From an uncultured Candidatus Saccharibacteria bacterium (GTDB lineage: Bacteria; Patescibacteriota; Minisyncoccia; Phycocordibacterales; UBA2100): 64,000 nt of DNA. The position numbers and the translations under genes are program-made. Shown here in pieces: positions 29,256 through 38,756 of the stretch (positions are counted from its first letter, which is position 1; each line of letters opens with the position of its first letter). The DNA lies in NCBI GenBank assembly GCA_964362175.1, contig CAYIDD010000005.1, positions 44-64,043 on the forward strand. The letters are read 5' to 3'. A model generated the notes under the pieces. It was not told the origin of the DNA and searched no databases. It worked only from the letters and a program-made list of their open reading frames with translations.

Positions 29256-30550
29256 AGAAACTTTCGATGTTCCAGACCATTTTGCTCGTCGTATTTGGCG
29301 GGCTCGCTATCGCGGGCGTCTTGGTGTTCTCACTCGCTATCGGAGGCGGAGAGACCAACACCGTCGGTGCCGTACGGATATGGGGGACGCTCGATCAGGG
29401 GGCATTCGCGACCGTCCTTCGGCAAGCCGCTGAAAATAATGCTCAGCTGGCTCAGGTGACGTACGAGCAAAAAGATCCCGCGACCTACGACAACGAGCTC
29501 ACCAATGCGCTTGCCACCGGCTCAGGACCGGATCTTTTTGTCATGCGGCAGGACTATGCGCTGAAGGACGCCGGAAGGGTTACGGTCATTCCGCTCTCTG
29601 CCCTTTCCCAATCTCAATTCGAAGGTACGTTCATCGAAGCATCAAGTCCGTTTCTGACGCCAAGCGGCGTCGTAGGCGTTCCGCTCTTTGCCGATCCGCT
29701 CGTACTCTATTGGAACAAAGACGTGCTCGCTTCCGGCGGGTTTGCGCAGCCGCCGAAATTCTGGGACGAACTCTTCACCATGTCCCAAAAAATGACGACC
29801 AAAGATGACACGGGCTCCATCGTTCGGGCCACGATCGCCCTCGGTGAATATCGGAACATACGTAATGCAAAGGATATTCTTGCGACACTCATTCTCCAGG
29901 CGGGCGGTTCTATAACCGCGCGCGACACCACGGGGCGTTTGACGCCGGCACTCACACCCCGCACAGGGAATACGACGCAGGCTACCGCCTCCGCGTTGCG
30001 CTTCTATACCGAATTTGCAGATCCTTCCAAAAACGATTATTCATGGAATCGGTCGCTCCCCGAGGCGCAAAAAGCGTTCGCGGCGGGCGATCTCGCCCTC
30101 TACATAGGCTACGCGAGCGAAGACCCGTTCATCGCGCGCACGAATCCGAATCTTAATTTCGCGATAGCGCCCCTGCCGCAGATCCGGAATTCCCAATCTG
30201 CCCGCAACACCGCACGTGTCTACGCACTCGCCGCGTCGCGGACAAGCACAAACCCCAATGCCGCGATCACCGCCGCATTTTTGCTGGTTTCCGCGGACAT
30301 CGGCAAAGCACTCTCAACCGCTCTCGGGATCCCCAGTGCGCGACGCGACATCATAAACCAGCCTGCTACCGGCAACGACGATCTTTTCAACAAACAGGCC
30401 ATCCTCGCGCATTCCTGGCTTGACCCCGACCCGATCAGGACAGCCGAACTCTTTCGCGCTATGATTGAGAACACGACGAGCGGATCGCAGCTCGTCACCG
30501 AAGCGGTCCAGCGCGGTGATCAGGAATTGGGCCAGATCCTCGGCTTATGA
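29252..30550 (+). CDS. Extracellular solute-binding protein (family 1-like)
   Basis: N-terminal TM, GPDLF, LYWNKD and PP.FWDE. Confidence 0.85.
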   Translation: MKKLSMFQTILLVVFGGLAIAGVLVFSLAIGGGETNTVGAVRIWGTLDQGAFATVLRQAAENNAQLAQVTYEQKDPATYDNELTNALATGSGPDLFVMRQDYALKDAGRVTVIPLSALSQSQFEGTFIEASSPFLTPSGVVGVPLFADPLVLYWNKDVLASGGFAQPPKFWDELFTMSQKMTTKDDTGSIVRATIALGEYRNIRNAKDILATLILQAGGSITARDTTGRLTPALTPRTGNTTQATASALRFYTEFADPSKNDYSWNRSLPEAQKAFAAGDLALYIGYASEDPFIARTNPNLNFAIAPLPQIRNSQSARNTARVYALAASRTSTNPNAAITAAFLLVSADIGKALSTALGIPSARRDIINQPATGNDDLFNKQAILAHSWLDPDPIRTAELFRAMIENTTSGSQLVTEAVQRGDQELGQILGL

Positions 30551-30912
30551 AAAATTTCTTACATTCTGTACATCGAATGTGCACGGTCTTTACCGGCGCG
30601 GCGATCGTTTTTGCGGCAGGTATCGTGCAGGCGGAAACCGGTCTGGGAAATCCGCTGAACAAGAGCTTTAGCACCATACCGGCGTTTCTTGCGGGTGCTC
30701 TGAAGGTGCTCGTCATCGTGGCGCTGCCGCTCATCACGCTTTTCGTCGTCGTTGCGGGGTTCATGTTTATCAAGGCACGCGGTAATCCCACAGAACTCAC
30801 AAAGGCAAAGGAGAACTTCGTCTACGTCATCATCGGCGCTCTGCTCATCCTTGGCGCGTGGCTCATCGCGACCCTCATCGGGGGAACGGTCTCTCAGTTG
30901 GTGGGAAATTGA
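30547..30912 (+). CDS. TrbC/VirB2-like pilin
   Basis: NPL...GFMFIKARGNP..L.KAK..F.Y.IIG pattern. Confidence 0.8.
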   Translation: MKNFLHSVHRMCTVFTGAAIVFAAGIVQAETGLGNPLNKSFSTIPAFLAGALKVLVIVALPLITLFVVVAGFMFIKARGNPTELTKAKENFVYVIIGALLILGAWLIATLIGGTVSQLVGN

Positions 30913-30913
30913 T

Positions 30914-31303
30914 ATGCGTACGACACGCATCATGCCAGCGTTGTTGTTTCTCCTGATACCAGCCGCTGCTTTTGCCGCGCCCCGCAATTTTCAGGAGCTC
31001 TCGAACAGTATTGTGTTCCTGCTCGACAATGCAACGGCGGTTTTGGTGGTAGCCGGTATCGCCGTCTACTTTTACGGGATTTCAAGCAACATCCTGAAAT
31101 TCAGTGACGAGGGGGGTGAAAAAATGAAAGCATATTTCTTCTGGGGGATCATCGTGCTTTTCGTGATGGTTTCTATTTGGGGGATATTGCGCCTGCTTCA
31201 GGATACCTTGTTCGGTGGGAACCAGTTCGGCGCAACTTCTCCGCTACCACAGCAGACATCGGGAGACGTTTTCAGGTCGTCCAACATGCGTTTCCCCGAG
31301 TGA
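30914..31303 (+). CDS. VirB2-like pilin
   Basis: Signal peptide and WGIIVLFVMVSIWGI. Confidence 0.75.
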   Translation: MRTTRIMPALLFLLIPAAAFAAPRNFQELSNSIVFLLDNATAVLVVAGIAVYFYGISSNILKFSDEGGEKMKAYFFWGIIVLFVMVSIWGILRLLQDTLFGGNQFGATSPLPQQTSGDVFRSSNMRFPE

Positions 31304-31319
31304 CTTCAATAATTCGCGT

Positions 31320-31715
31320 ATGAATTATCTTTCCCGCGCCACCCTCACCATGTCGCTTGTTACGGCGGCAGCGCCCGCGCTCGCAAACGCCCAGACCATC
31401 TCGCAGGCGGTGGGGCTTTTTAATGTGTTCGTGGGGCTCATGCTGACCGCGGCGCTTCTCACCTACGGTGTCGGGATGGTTGTGTGGTGGGTTCGTCTCG
31501 GAACGTGGCCTACATACAGGACCGAGGCGATAAAGATCATGGAGTGGTCGGTCGTCATGCTGTTGGTTCTCGTGGTGCTTTTGGCCATCGTCCAATTTTT
31601 CCAGAATCATCCGCGCGCGGCCGGCTATACCGTTTCTATCGTCGTACTAGTTCTTATCGTGTGGGCAATTCTTGTCATGGCGGCAAAAGGTGGGAAAAAA
31701 GAGAAAGAGCACTAG
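31320..31715 (+). CDS. Pilin-like membrane protein
   Basis: Signal peptide plus three TM helices, within the pilin cluster. Confidence 0.65.
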   Translation: MNYLSRATLTMSLVTAAAPALANAQTISQAVGLFNVFVGLMLTAALLTYGVGMVVWWVRLGTWPTYRTEAIKIMEWSVVMLLVLVVLLAIVQFFQNHPRAAGYTVSIVVLVLIVWAILVMAAKGGKKEKEH

Positions 31716-31840
31716 ACCCCGCTCGAAGAGAGCGCCCGCAGGGGCCGAATATCGGCTACTGCCGATATGAGGCGAGTCTGACACGCACAAGCTTGTGCGT
31801 GTCACGGAAGTTGACGTGGGGGGTGCCTCCCGGCGGGGTC
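31715..31840. repeat. MITE-like multi-hairpin element
   Basis: Terminal inverted repeat GACCCCGC/GCGGGGTC; perfect 26-bp palindrome at 31779-31804. Confidence 0.6.
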
Positions 31841-31943
31841 GGTTATCCACACGGAGGCGGTACCATCTATTGTATTTTCAGCCCCTGTCTATACCATTGA
31901 GGTACTTAGAAAATAAAGGGGAAATCCCAAAAAACAACAGATT

Positions 31944-32303
31944 ATGCGGAAAATTATCGTTTCTTCGGGGCTGGTCGCGGCAGTGGTGGCGCTTCCTGCT
32001 CTTGCGAGCGCAGCTACTCTTCTCGACACGCTTGCGCTCGCCAACACCTTCCTGAACGCCATGATTGGCCTCTTCATCACGCTCGCCATCGTAGTTTTCT
32101 TCTGGGGCCTCATCAAGTACCTCACCACGGCGGGGGAGGACAAGGCAGCGGGGTTGTCCATTATGTTCATGGGCGTCGTTGCCATCTTCGTCATGGTCTC
32201 AATCTGGGGCATCATCCGCCTCCTCCAAAGTACCTTCAAGGTTACCTCGACAGATCCCGTCATCCCGAAAGGCATCCAGATAAATACGGGCGTCTATCAG
32301 TAA
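31944..32303 (+). CDS. VirB2-like pilin
   Basis: Signal peptide; FFWGLIKY...GVVAIFVMVSIWGII. Confidence 0.8.
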   Translation: MRKIIVSSGLVAAVVALPALASAATLLDTLALANTFLNAMIGLFITLAIVVFFWGLIKYLTTAGEDKAAGLSIMFMGVVAIFVMVSIWGIIRLLQSTFKVTSTDPVIPKGIQINTGVYQ

Positions 32304-32351
32304 TAAGATCGACTGGGCTCAAGCACGGGCTCTTCGCATTGCCCACCTATT

Positions 32352-32663
32352 ATGAATGCCCTCGGAAACCTGATGGACAAGTTTTGGTCTGCCATCATTA
32401 GTCCGGCGATCCTAATAGTGCTCGCGCTCGGCTTCCTTCTCTTCGTGTACGGACTCGTCGAATTTCTCTGGAATCTTAATACGGGGGGAGACAATAAAGA
32501 GGGGAAGCAGCATATGATGTGGGGCATCGTGGGCATCCTCGTCATGTTTTCCGTCTACGGCATCCTTGATCTCCTCGACAACACCTTCAATCTCGATTTC
32601 AGGAATCCCGATGTAAGTCGCGCGCAAAATATCAAGGTGCCATCAAATTTCGGTACTCAGTGA
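32352..32663 (+). CDS. VirB2-like pilin
   Basis: FVYGLVEFL...GKQHMMWGIVGILVMFSVYGI. Confidence 0.8.
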   Translation: MNALGNLMDKFWSAIISPAILIVLALGFLLFVYGLVEFLWNLNTGGDNKEGKQHMMWGIVGILVMFSVYGILDLLDNTFNLDFRNPDVSRAQNIKVPSNFGTQ

Positions 32664-32671
32664 TTTTTGTG

Positions 32672-32753
32672 TGGGCAGGGCGAGACTCGAACTCGCACCC
32701 CTTGCGGGACTAGGTCCTAAGCCTAGCGCGGCTACCAATTACGCCACCTGCCC
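32672..32753 (-). tRNA. tRNA-Leu(TAG)
   Basis: GGGCAGG/CCTGCCC acceptor stem, TAG anticodon, variable arm. Confidence 0.95.
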
Positions 32754-32918
32754 GTGCCCCTATCCTAGCATTTTGTCCGCCAGTGGGGCGAGATTGGACC
32801 GTCCCCGGTTCTTCGGGTCTGAAAGTGTGACGGGCTGATTTCGAAACACAGCGAGAGAAATAATGGCACCTATGGCGTTATCCACAATGTCCCTTTGTGG
32901 GGTGCTATGATGTACCCA

Positions 32919-33734
32919 ATGAATCCGAATAAAGCATTGTGGGAGAAAGGAGATTTTACTGAGATCGCGGCCTTCATGCGTCAGTCCGGAGAAACACTCA
33001 TTAAGTCGCTCGGCATAACGCCGCCGCTGCGGGTCTTAGATCTCGGTTGCGGAGACGGCACTACCGCGATTCCTCTAGCCCTCTTGGGGGCTGAAGTTGT
33101 TGGGATCGACATCGCCAAGAACCTCGTCGACGCCGGAAACAAACGCGCTGTCGAGGCAGGTCTCAGCCAACTGACATTTCAAGAAGGTGATGCGTGCAAC
33201 CTGCAAGGAATCAGCGACCACTCATTTGATCTGACCATTTCTATATTCGGCGCCATGTTTGCTCCCAAGCCGTTCGACGTAGCCAAGGAGATGGTCCGTG
33301 TCACAAAACTGGGGGGCCGCATTGTGATGGGTAACTGGATCCCGAACGACCCAACCTCATTCGTGTCGCAATTGCTGAAGATAAGCGCAGCGTTTACGCC
33401 TCCGCCTCCGGAAGGCTTCGTGAGTCCCATGACGTGGGGTGTAGAAACTCACGTCATCGAACGTTTTGGTCAGGCCGGGGTTCCCAAGGAAAAGATATCG
33501 ATGGTCAAGGATACGTACTCCTTCATATCGAAGGACAAAAGCCCCGCAGAATTCGTTGAATTATTGGAACGATTCTATGGTCCGACAATGAACGCCGTCG
33601 AAGCGGCTCAAAAGAATGGAAAAGCGGATGAGCTCCACAGCCAACTTTTGGAGCTGGCGAAAGAGCAGAACAAGAGCACGGACGGCAGCACTTCAATACC
33701 CGCTACCTTCATGAGGGTGACCATTAACCTCTGA
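32919..33734 (+). CDS. Class I SAM-dependent methyltransferase (island cargo)
   Basis: VLDLGCGDG and FGAMFAP motifs. Confidence 0.9.
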   Translation: MNPNKALWEKGDFTEIAAFMRQSGETLIKSLGITPPLRVLDLGCGDGTTAIPLALLGAEVVGIDIAKNLVDAGNKRAVEAGLSQLTFQEGDACNLQGISDHSFDLTISIFGAMFAPKPFDVAKEMVRVTKLGGRIVMGNWIPNDPTSFVSQLLKISAAFTPPPPEGFVSPMTWGVETHVIERFGQAGVPKEKISMVKDTYSFISKDKSPAEFVELLERFYGPTMNAVEAAQKNGKADELHSQLLELAKEQNKSTDGSTSIPATFMRVTINL

Positions 33735-33802
33735 GGCTGATTGAGGATAATGGTGTCGGGTATCGTATTCACGACGGACCTACTTTCGACACTTTCCGAG
33801 CG

Positions 33803-33862
33803 TGGGGCTTATCTTCGAGCTCAGTAAACAATTCGAGCTTGGAAACTATGATTTAGTCCGCC
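33803..33862 (+). repeat. Copy of the recombinase 3' end (56/60 identical to 40958-41017) fused to an attP-type tail
   Basis: Translates GLIFELSKQFELGNYDLVR then LTIDHWNALIQEMEQW. Confidence 0.88.
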
Positions 33863-33919
33863 TAACTATAGACCATTGGAACGCGCTCATCCAAGAAATG
33901 GAACAATGGCGAGGCATTA

Positions 33920-36448
33920 CTAACGGGACAGATTTTGCCTTATCTTCCGAATCTCGCGTTTAAACGACTCAGGCAGTTCTATAACTGATAGGTCTACAGT
34001 TGAGAGCCATTGAGTCGCTTGCTCCTCGTTAAGAGAAGGATTGCCAACCATCTTAGACAGTTCTGTGGCTACATGTCTGCTGAAGCCCATATTGATAAAT
34101 GAGACTTGCGTCATTTCTGATACTCCGAACTCAACCCACGTTCTAATATCTGGTATTTGTGCTAACAGTTCAGTTCTACCTGTTTGCTCGAAGAAATATC
34201 GGAGGGTATCTAAATAACACGTGATGTATTTCGCGAATCCAAAACGAATATCGTCTTCTATATTACGCATGGTATCTCGGATAACTACAGGAAGACGAGG
34301 GCTTCTGCCATGCTCCTGTAAATACTTGAAGTAATCCACGATTATCCTTGGCAAGGGGTAGCCGCGCATCCAAACAACCGCTAGCAACGCCTCTCGATAT
34401 GAGCTTATACTTTTTGTGTTTGGAGGTGCGAGATGTGTATTAACTCGACTGACAATTCGGTTGTAATCGCTCACTGCCGTTTGAGCGGCGACAGAAGGCG
34501 GCGGCAACAATTCTTCTACGTTCTCGTGTCCTTGGAAGTAATCATAAAGTCGTTTTACAGCAAGAGGACTAATGCCTGGATTTCGTTGAAAGATTTCCCG
34601 TGGCAACTGGACGTTTTCCCTGATTTTCCCTAACAGACTGATAAGTTCGTCCGAGAATATGCTGCTGTAATCGCCATCTAAGTATTTAAGAAAAAAGTAG
34701 CTCAACGCGTACTCCATATTCGCATCTCGAATATTGGCATCTTCGGCATGCTCGGCGACAAATTCAAGGAATGATGACCCCTCTCCAGTGATTTCAACAA
34801 GTGATTTCTTTATCTCATAACGACGTTCGCCCCAGAGAGGCTTATGCGTCCATTCTTCAGGTTCTATACAGAAAATATTTCCTTGAAAATCTTTGGAGAG
34901 TCTGCCTGCTCGTCCCGCCAAGTTCCAAAAATCCGCTTCTGACATCGGATTGCCACGACCACGAGATGGATTGGTAATGAAAATCGCTTTTGCCGACAGA
35001 TTCACTCCCTCTAGTAAAGTTGATGTGCAGACTAAATATTTAATAGCTCCCTCTCGGAACAATCTTTCAATTTCACGTCTAACCAAAAGCGGCATATTTC
35101 CGTAATGAAAAGCGACACCATAGGGCAATACTTGCGGTAGTGCATAGTGCGGATGAATAAGTCTTTTTGAGAGGTCTATCAACTCATCGAATGACGACTC
35201 ATCCTTTTCAACACCCATTTGTCTCAATTCATCTGCAATGCTTTGTGCGATTCTCTCAGCACTAGCTGCTCCAGATGCATATACCAAATTTCCACCGTCC
35301 TTACTCAGTAAGATTGGTAGCTTGCTACATTTCTTAGCAATTGTACCAAGAGTTTGTTCAAGTACGATTTTTCCTAAAGGAATAGATTGGGTCTTTAAGC
35401 AAAGCGTAATGTCCCATTCTTTGGGTTTACGAGGTACTTTAGAGAGCCAAATGAGGTTTTGGTTTACCGCCACATAATCCGTTAGAATGCTTACGCCCGT
35501 ATCTGAGTTCGATATTCCTAAAAGTATCTCAGGATTTCGGGAGAATGCGCTACAGAAGAGCACTCGCGAGGACGGATTAATACGCTGAACCTGCTCCACT
35601 TTCTCCTGCAGTAAAATACCACGTTGACCATCTCCTATCTTTTGTGCCTCATCAACAATTAGCAGGTCGACGGAATAGTCTGGATTATCCGTGAGAAACC
35701 AATGCAGTCTCTCCTGCGTGAAGACAAAGAGGTGATTTGAGTTCTTGTATTGGACTGGGGGCAATTTCGGGACTGAGCTTATGTAGACATTCTTTTCTAG
35801 ACCATATTCTGTGAGACTTTCATTGAAGCGGTCTTCCACTTCGTTAATAAGAGCACGAGTTGGGACGATATATACGATATGTGATGTTCTATCTGATTCT
35901 GACAAGGCTTTTGCGACAATGAGACTAAGCACGAACGACTTTCCAGCCGATGTCGGCGCGGAAGCACTTACTGTATTCTGCTCTCGTGCGGCAATATAAA
36001 GTTGTCTCTGAAATTTATTCAAATACCTAGTGTCGTTAACAATCTCAACTGTATGCAGTTGGTCGCGCCACATTTTCTCGACGAGAAGAGGACGCGGAAT
36101 GTCCTCCTCATAATTTTCGGGAATGTATTCTTTTTCTATAGCAAGATTAATCGCGGGCGCATTTGTCAGTTTCCCAAAAATAATCGCTGCTGCAACGTGA
36201 TATGACGGGTCAACCGCAGTCGTGAGACAGTATTGTGCGATGCGTAATGCCGCATCCTGACACTCCGCATCGTTTGCTTGCGCTAAAATGCTTCCGCAGA
36301 GAAGCATGTAGTTCCAGTCAATGTTCGGCTGCTGGTGGTCGTCAGAAAATCTTGTTGGCAAACTACCGAGAACGGAGGCATGGAGTATACTGCTAAATTC
36401 GTTTCTGAATTCTTGCAGTCCAAGTATTTTGCGTGCCAATTTGTCCAT
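33920..36448 (-). CDS. hamB: Hachiman HamB (Ski2-like SF2 helicase)
   Basis: SAPTSAGKS, DEAQ, TSTLLEGVN and NLAGRAGR; directly downstream of hamA. Confidence 0.88.
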   Translation of the reverse strand: MDKLARKILGLQEFRNEFSSILHASVLGSLPTRFSDDHQQPNIDWNYMLLCGSILAQANDAECQDAALRIAQYCLTTAVDPSYHVAAAIIFGKLTNAPAINLAIEKEYIPENYEEDIPRPLLVEKMWRDQLHTVEIVNDTRYLNKFQRQLYIAAREQNTVSASAPTSAGKSFVLSLIVAKALSESDRTSHIVYIVPTRALINEVEDRFNESLTEYGLEKNVYISSVPKLPPVQYKNSNHLFVFTQERLHWFLTDNPDYSVDLLIVDEAQKIGDGQRGILLQEKVEQVQRINPSSRVLFCSAFSRNPEILLGISNSDTGVSILTDYVAVNQNLIWLSKVPRKPKEWDITLCLKTQSIPLGKIVLEQTLGTIAKKCSKLPILLSKDGGNLVYASGAASAERIAQSIADELRQMGVEKDESSFDELIDLSKRLIHPHYALPQVLPYGVAFHYGNMPLLVRREIERLFREGAIKYLVCTSTLLEGVNLSAKAIFITNPSRGRGNPMSEADFWNLAGRAGRLSKDFQGNIFCIEPEEWTHKPLWGERRYEIKKSLVEITGEGSSFLEFVAEHAEDANIRDANMEYALSYFFLKYLDGDYSSIFSDELISLLGKIRENVQLPREIFQRNPGISPLAVKRLYDYFQGHENVEELLPPPSVAAQTAVSDYNRIVSRVNTHLAPPNTKSISSYREALLAVVWMRGYPLPRIIVDYFKYLQEHGRSPRLPVVIRDTMRNIEDDIRFGFAKYITCYLDTLRYFFEQTGRTELLAQIPDIRTWVEFGVSEMTQVSFINMGFSRHVATELSKMVGNPSLNEEQATQWLSTVDLSVIELPESFKREIRKIRQNLSR

Positions 36449-36457
36449 AAGGCATAC

Positions 36458-37423
36458 TCAACGCTCTAAGGCGCGAGTTAAGGCTTCGCGAAATTTTGCT
36501 ACCGAAGGCAGAGGAAGGATAAATAAGTGTATAACTATGGTCTCAACTTTTTGACTCTTTATTTCGGCATGGATTTTTTCAATCCATACGCTTAGGCTTT
36601 CGACTATGGCCTTTTTAACAGCTTCTACGTTGCCCGTATTTTGGACGGATGGGTAATGTTCGAAATCAAAACCAACGAGCCCAATTCCACGATAATTCAC
36701 TCGATTCGCTAAAGGTGAATCTTTTTTAAGATAACGTATCAGTGCCGACTCCAAATTCTCATCAGCAATATTTTCTGCGAGGTGGTCATGTGCCAACTGC
36801 AAATCTCTTTCTCGGCGTTCTGCGCCACCATCTACAAGAAGATAGGCGGATAAATCTTTAATGCACTCTTTAATGGCTGTTGCGGGATTTTGCTGGAGTT
36901 TTGACTCACACCAATACAGACATAAAATTGGTTCTTTACCCTCGTCATTCTCAATGGACAAGTGAATACCGTCAGAGCCGTGCACGGGCATTTCTGAGTT
37001 TGTCTTGAGAGGCATTTTGCACAGCAGTTGAGGGTACTTGAGGAATTCCTGAGCCATAAGATACAGGAGCAATTCACCACCCTCGCCAGATATACCCGTG
37101 GACTTAAATAACCCCCGTGCTGTCTTTTGTAATGCTGCAACTTTTCGGGTGGTGTTGTGCTTTGTATCGTAAGCTTTTGCTTCTGCGATTTTTGAGCGAG
37201 GAATTGCAAAATCAGCAGCGTTTGTAGCTAGGAAATCTGCCAAATCGTCAATCGGGGGCATGCCGTTCCCGTCCAATTCCAAAACGTAGCAGTGCGATGT
37301 TGCCCTTGTCGCCCCGACAACAACATTTACTTCTATTTCGGAGAAATATCGAGATAATTCAGCCTCACTGGTACTAAGTAAGCCACCCACTTCTCCTTTG
37401 AGGTCGTTGGATGACTTATTCAT
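36458..37423 (-). CDS. hamA: Hachiman HamA (DUF1837 nuclease)
   Basis: GEGGELLLY, QLLCKMPLKT...VHGSDGIH and ESK motifs. Confidence 0.88.
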   Translation of the reverse strand: MNKSSNDLKGEVGGLLSTSEAELSRYFSEIEVNVVVGATRATSHCYVLELDGNGMPPIDDLADFLATNAADFAIPRSKIAEAKAYDTKHNTTRKVAALQKTARGLFKSTGISGEGGELLLYLMAQEFLKYPQLLCKMPLKTNSEMPVHGSDGIHLSIENDEGKEPILCLYWCESKLQQNPATAIKECIKDLSAYLLVDGGAERRERDLQLAHDHLAENIADENLESALIRYLKKDSPLANRVNYRGIGLVGFDFEHYPSVQNTGNVEAVKKAIVESLSVWIEKIHAEIKSQKVETIVIHLFILPLPSVAKFREALTRALER

Positions 37424-37477
37424 GAATAAAGCCTACTCCAAACCACGAATATAAACAAATGGCAACAAAGTCGGCTC

Positions 37478-37648
37478 TCAATCAAATTTCTTTGAGAAAG
37501 TGGCGACGTTTTGTTTCTTTCTGTGAAAATAAACTTCTAAGGCTAACTCGGCCATGTCGTAAAGTGCCTTCCTGAGCTCATCAATTTCTTGGTCAGAGAG
37601 TTTGTTGCTATCGGGTATTAACTCGCGGCATTTTTCTAGAGAAAGCAT
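37478..37648 (-). CDS. Small helical protein (MLSLEKCRELIP...LSDQEIDELRKALY)
   Basis: Paralog of 38757-38918. Confidence 0.7.
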   Translation of the reverse strand: MLSLEKCRELIPDSNKLSDQEIDELRKALYDMAELALEVYFHRKKQNVATFSKKFD

Positions 37649-37650
37649 AC

Positions 37651-37944
37651 CTATACTGTGAAGAAGACAGAGGCAGAGCCTAAAACAATCAAGATATTCG
37701 CCACCGCGTATATCGTAATTACATGCCACCAATTGTCGCCTGACTTAAGGGATTGGTACGAGGCAATAATTCCGGTAATAGCTGAAACAAGAGCCGTCAG
37801 AATCATCGCGTAGTACGAAATGCCAGCCACGACGATTTTCAGAGCGTCCTTAAGGTACGGCCATTCGTTTACAGACGAGAGAATGGACACGAATAAAATA
37901 CAGAGAGCCAAAGAGAACAAGCTTATTTTTAGGTATTTGTTCAT
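37651..37944 (-). CDS. Small three-TM membrane protein
   Basis: Hydrophobic 97-aa ORF in an apparent operon. Confidence 0.65.
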   Translation of the reverse strand: MNKYLKISLFSLALCILFVSILSSVNEWPYLKDALKIVVAGISYYAMILTALVSAITGIIASYQSLKSGDNWWHVITIYAVANILIVLGSASVFFTV

Positions 37945-37974
37945 AAGTCAACGACTAATTAAGGGGCGAGTAAT

Positions 37975-38190
37975 CTAAATTCCCTGAGCGTCGAGAAAGT
38001 CAGGCTTAGCATTATCTTGCTGCTGCTCGTAAGACTTTTCTTCCAAGTGAGCGCAAAGACTCGGATTGCGCGAACAATCTATCACAGTTGGTTTCGCTCT
38101 ATTGCTAGGGTCTTCCAGCAAACCCCCGAAGGTAAACCACAGAATAAAGAGCCCGAAGAGTACGCCTGCTATGAGTTTCAAATTCTCCAT
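37975..38190 (-). CDS. Small single-TM protein
   Basis: 71 aa; first gene after the leader RNA. Confidence 0.65.
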   Translation of the reverse strand: MENLKLIAGVLFGLFILWFTFGGLLEDPSNRAKPTVIDCSRNPSLCAHLEEKSYEQQQDNAKPDFLDAQGI

Positions 38191-38225
38191 AAAAAAACGC
38201 TAGCTAATAATGCTAGCGGGAGTGC

Positions 38226-38395
38226 AACACTAAACCCCGCGCCAGCTAAGCCTTGCGGCCCCACACCCCTTTCGGGATATGGCTCATGGAAGAGTCGCTG
38301 AACGCGGGGTTCAGTACCTTCCATGAGTCTTTTCGACCATGCCACCAGACGTTGGTGGGTTAGGTCGCGCCCTTACGGGCTGATATTGGGTGTGT
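38226..38395 (-). ncRNA. Conserved structured leader RNA, copy 2 (family unknown)
   Basis: Homolog of 4782-4940 with covarying helices; followed by a hairpin and U7 at 38191-38217. Confidence 0.8.
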
Positions 38396-38756
38396 AAAAG
38401 CACTATATCATCACACGGAAAAACACACAGAAAACAGGTGCGTGCAAGGAGGTTTAGGATTATCCAAATGCTTGGATAGAGCCATATAAGGCGTCTGTAG
38501 GTCAAAAAAGGAGGTAGGAGGGGTACGGGGACCAAAACCCTGATTAAAACTACATACCACCGTCCCTCGACAAATTTTATATATATTTTTGTAGGTCTTA
38601 ACTTGAAGCCTTAACAGGATATTTAAACGCCATTAACTCAGGCTCTTAAACAAAGCATTCTTTTTGTGCTATATCCTAAAATAGCTTGACTTAGAGCCAT
38701 ATTTTTGATAGGATTAGAGCATAAGATTATTAGCTAATAGGTTCATTTGAAATGGG

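Noticed and set aside
31843-32886. TTATCCACA DnaA boxes as oriC
   Set aside because: Only two isolated boxes about 1 kb apart, with no cluster, unwinding element or dnaA nearby.
38226-38320. Plus-strand resemblance to the c-di-AMP (ydaO) riboswitch (GCTGAA, CAGCTAA)
   Set aside because: The motifs are in the wrong order, and the tetraloops, promoter and downstream genes all point to the minus strand.
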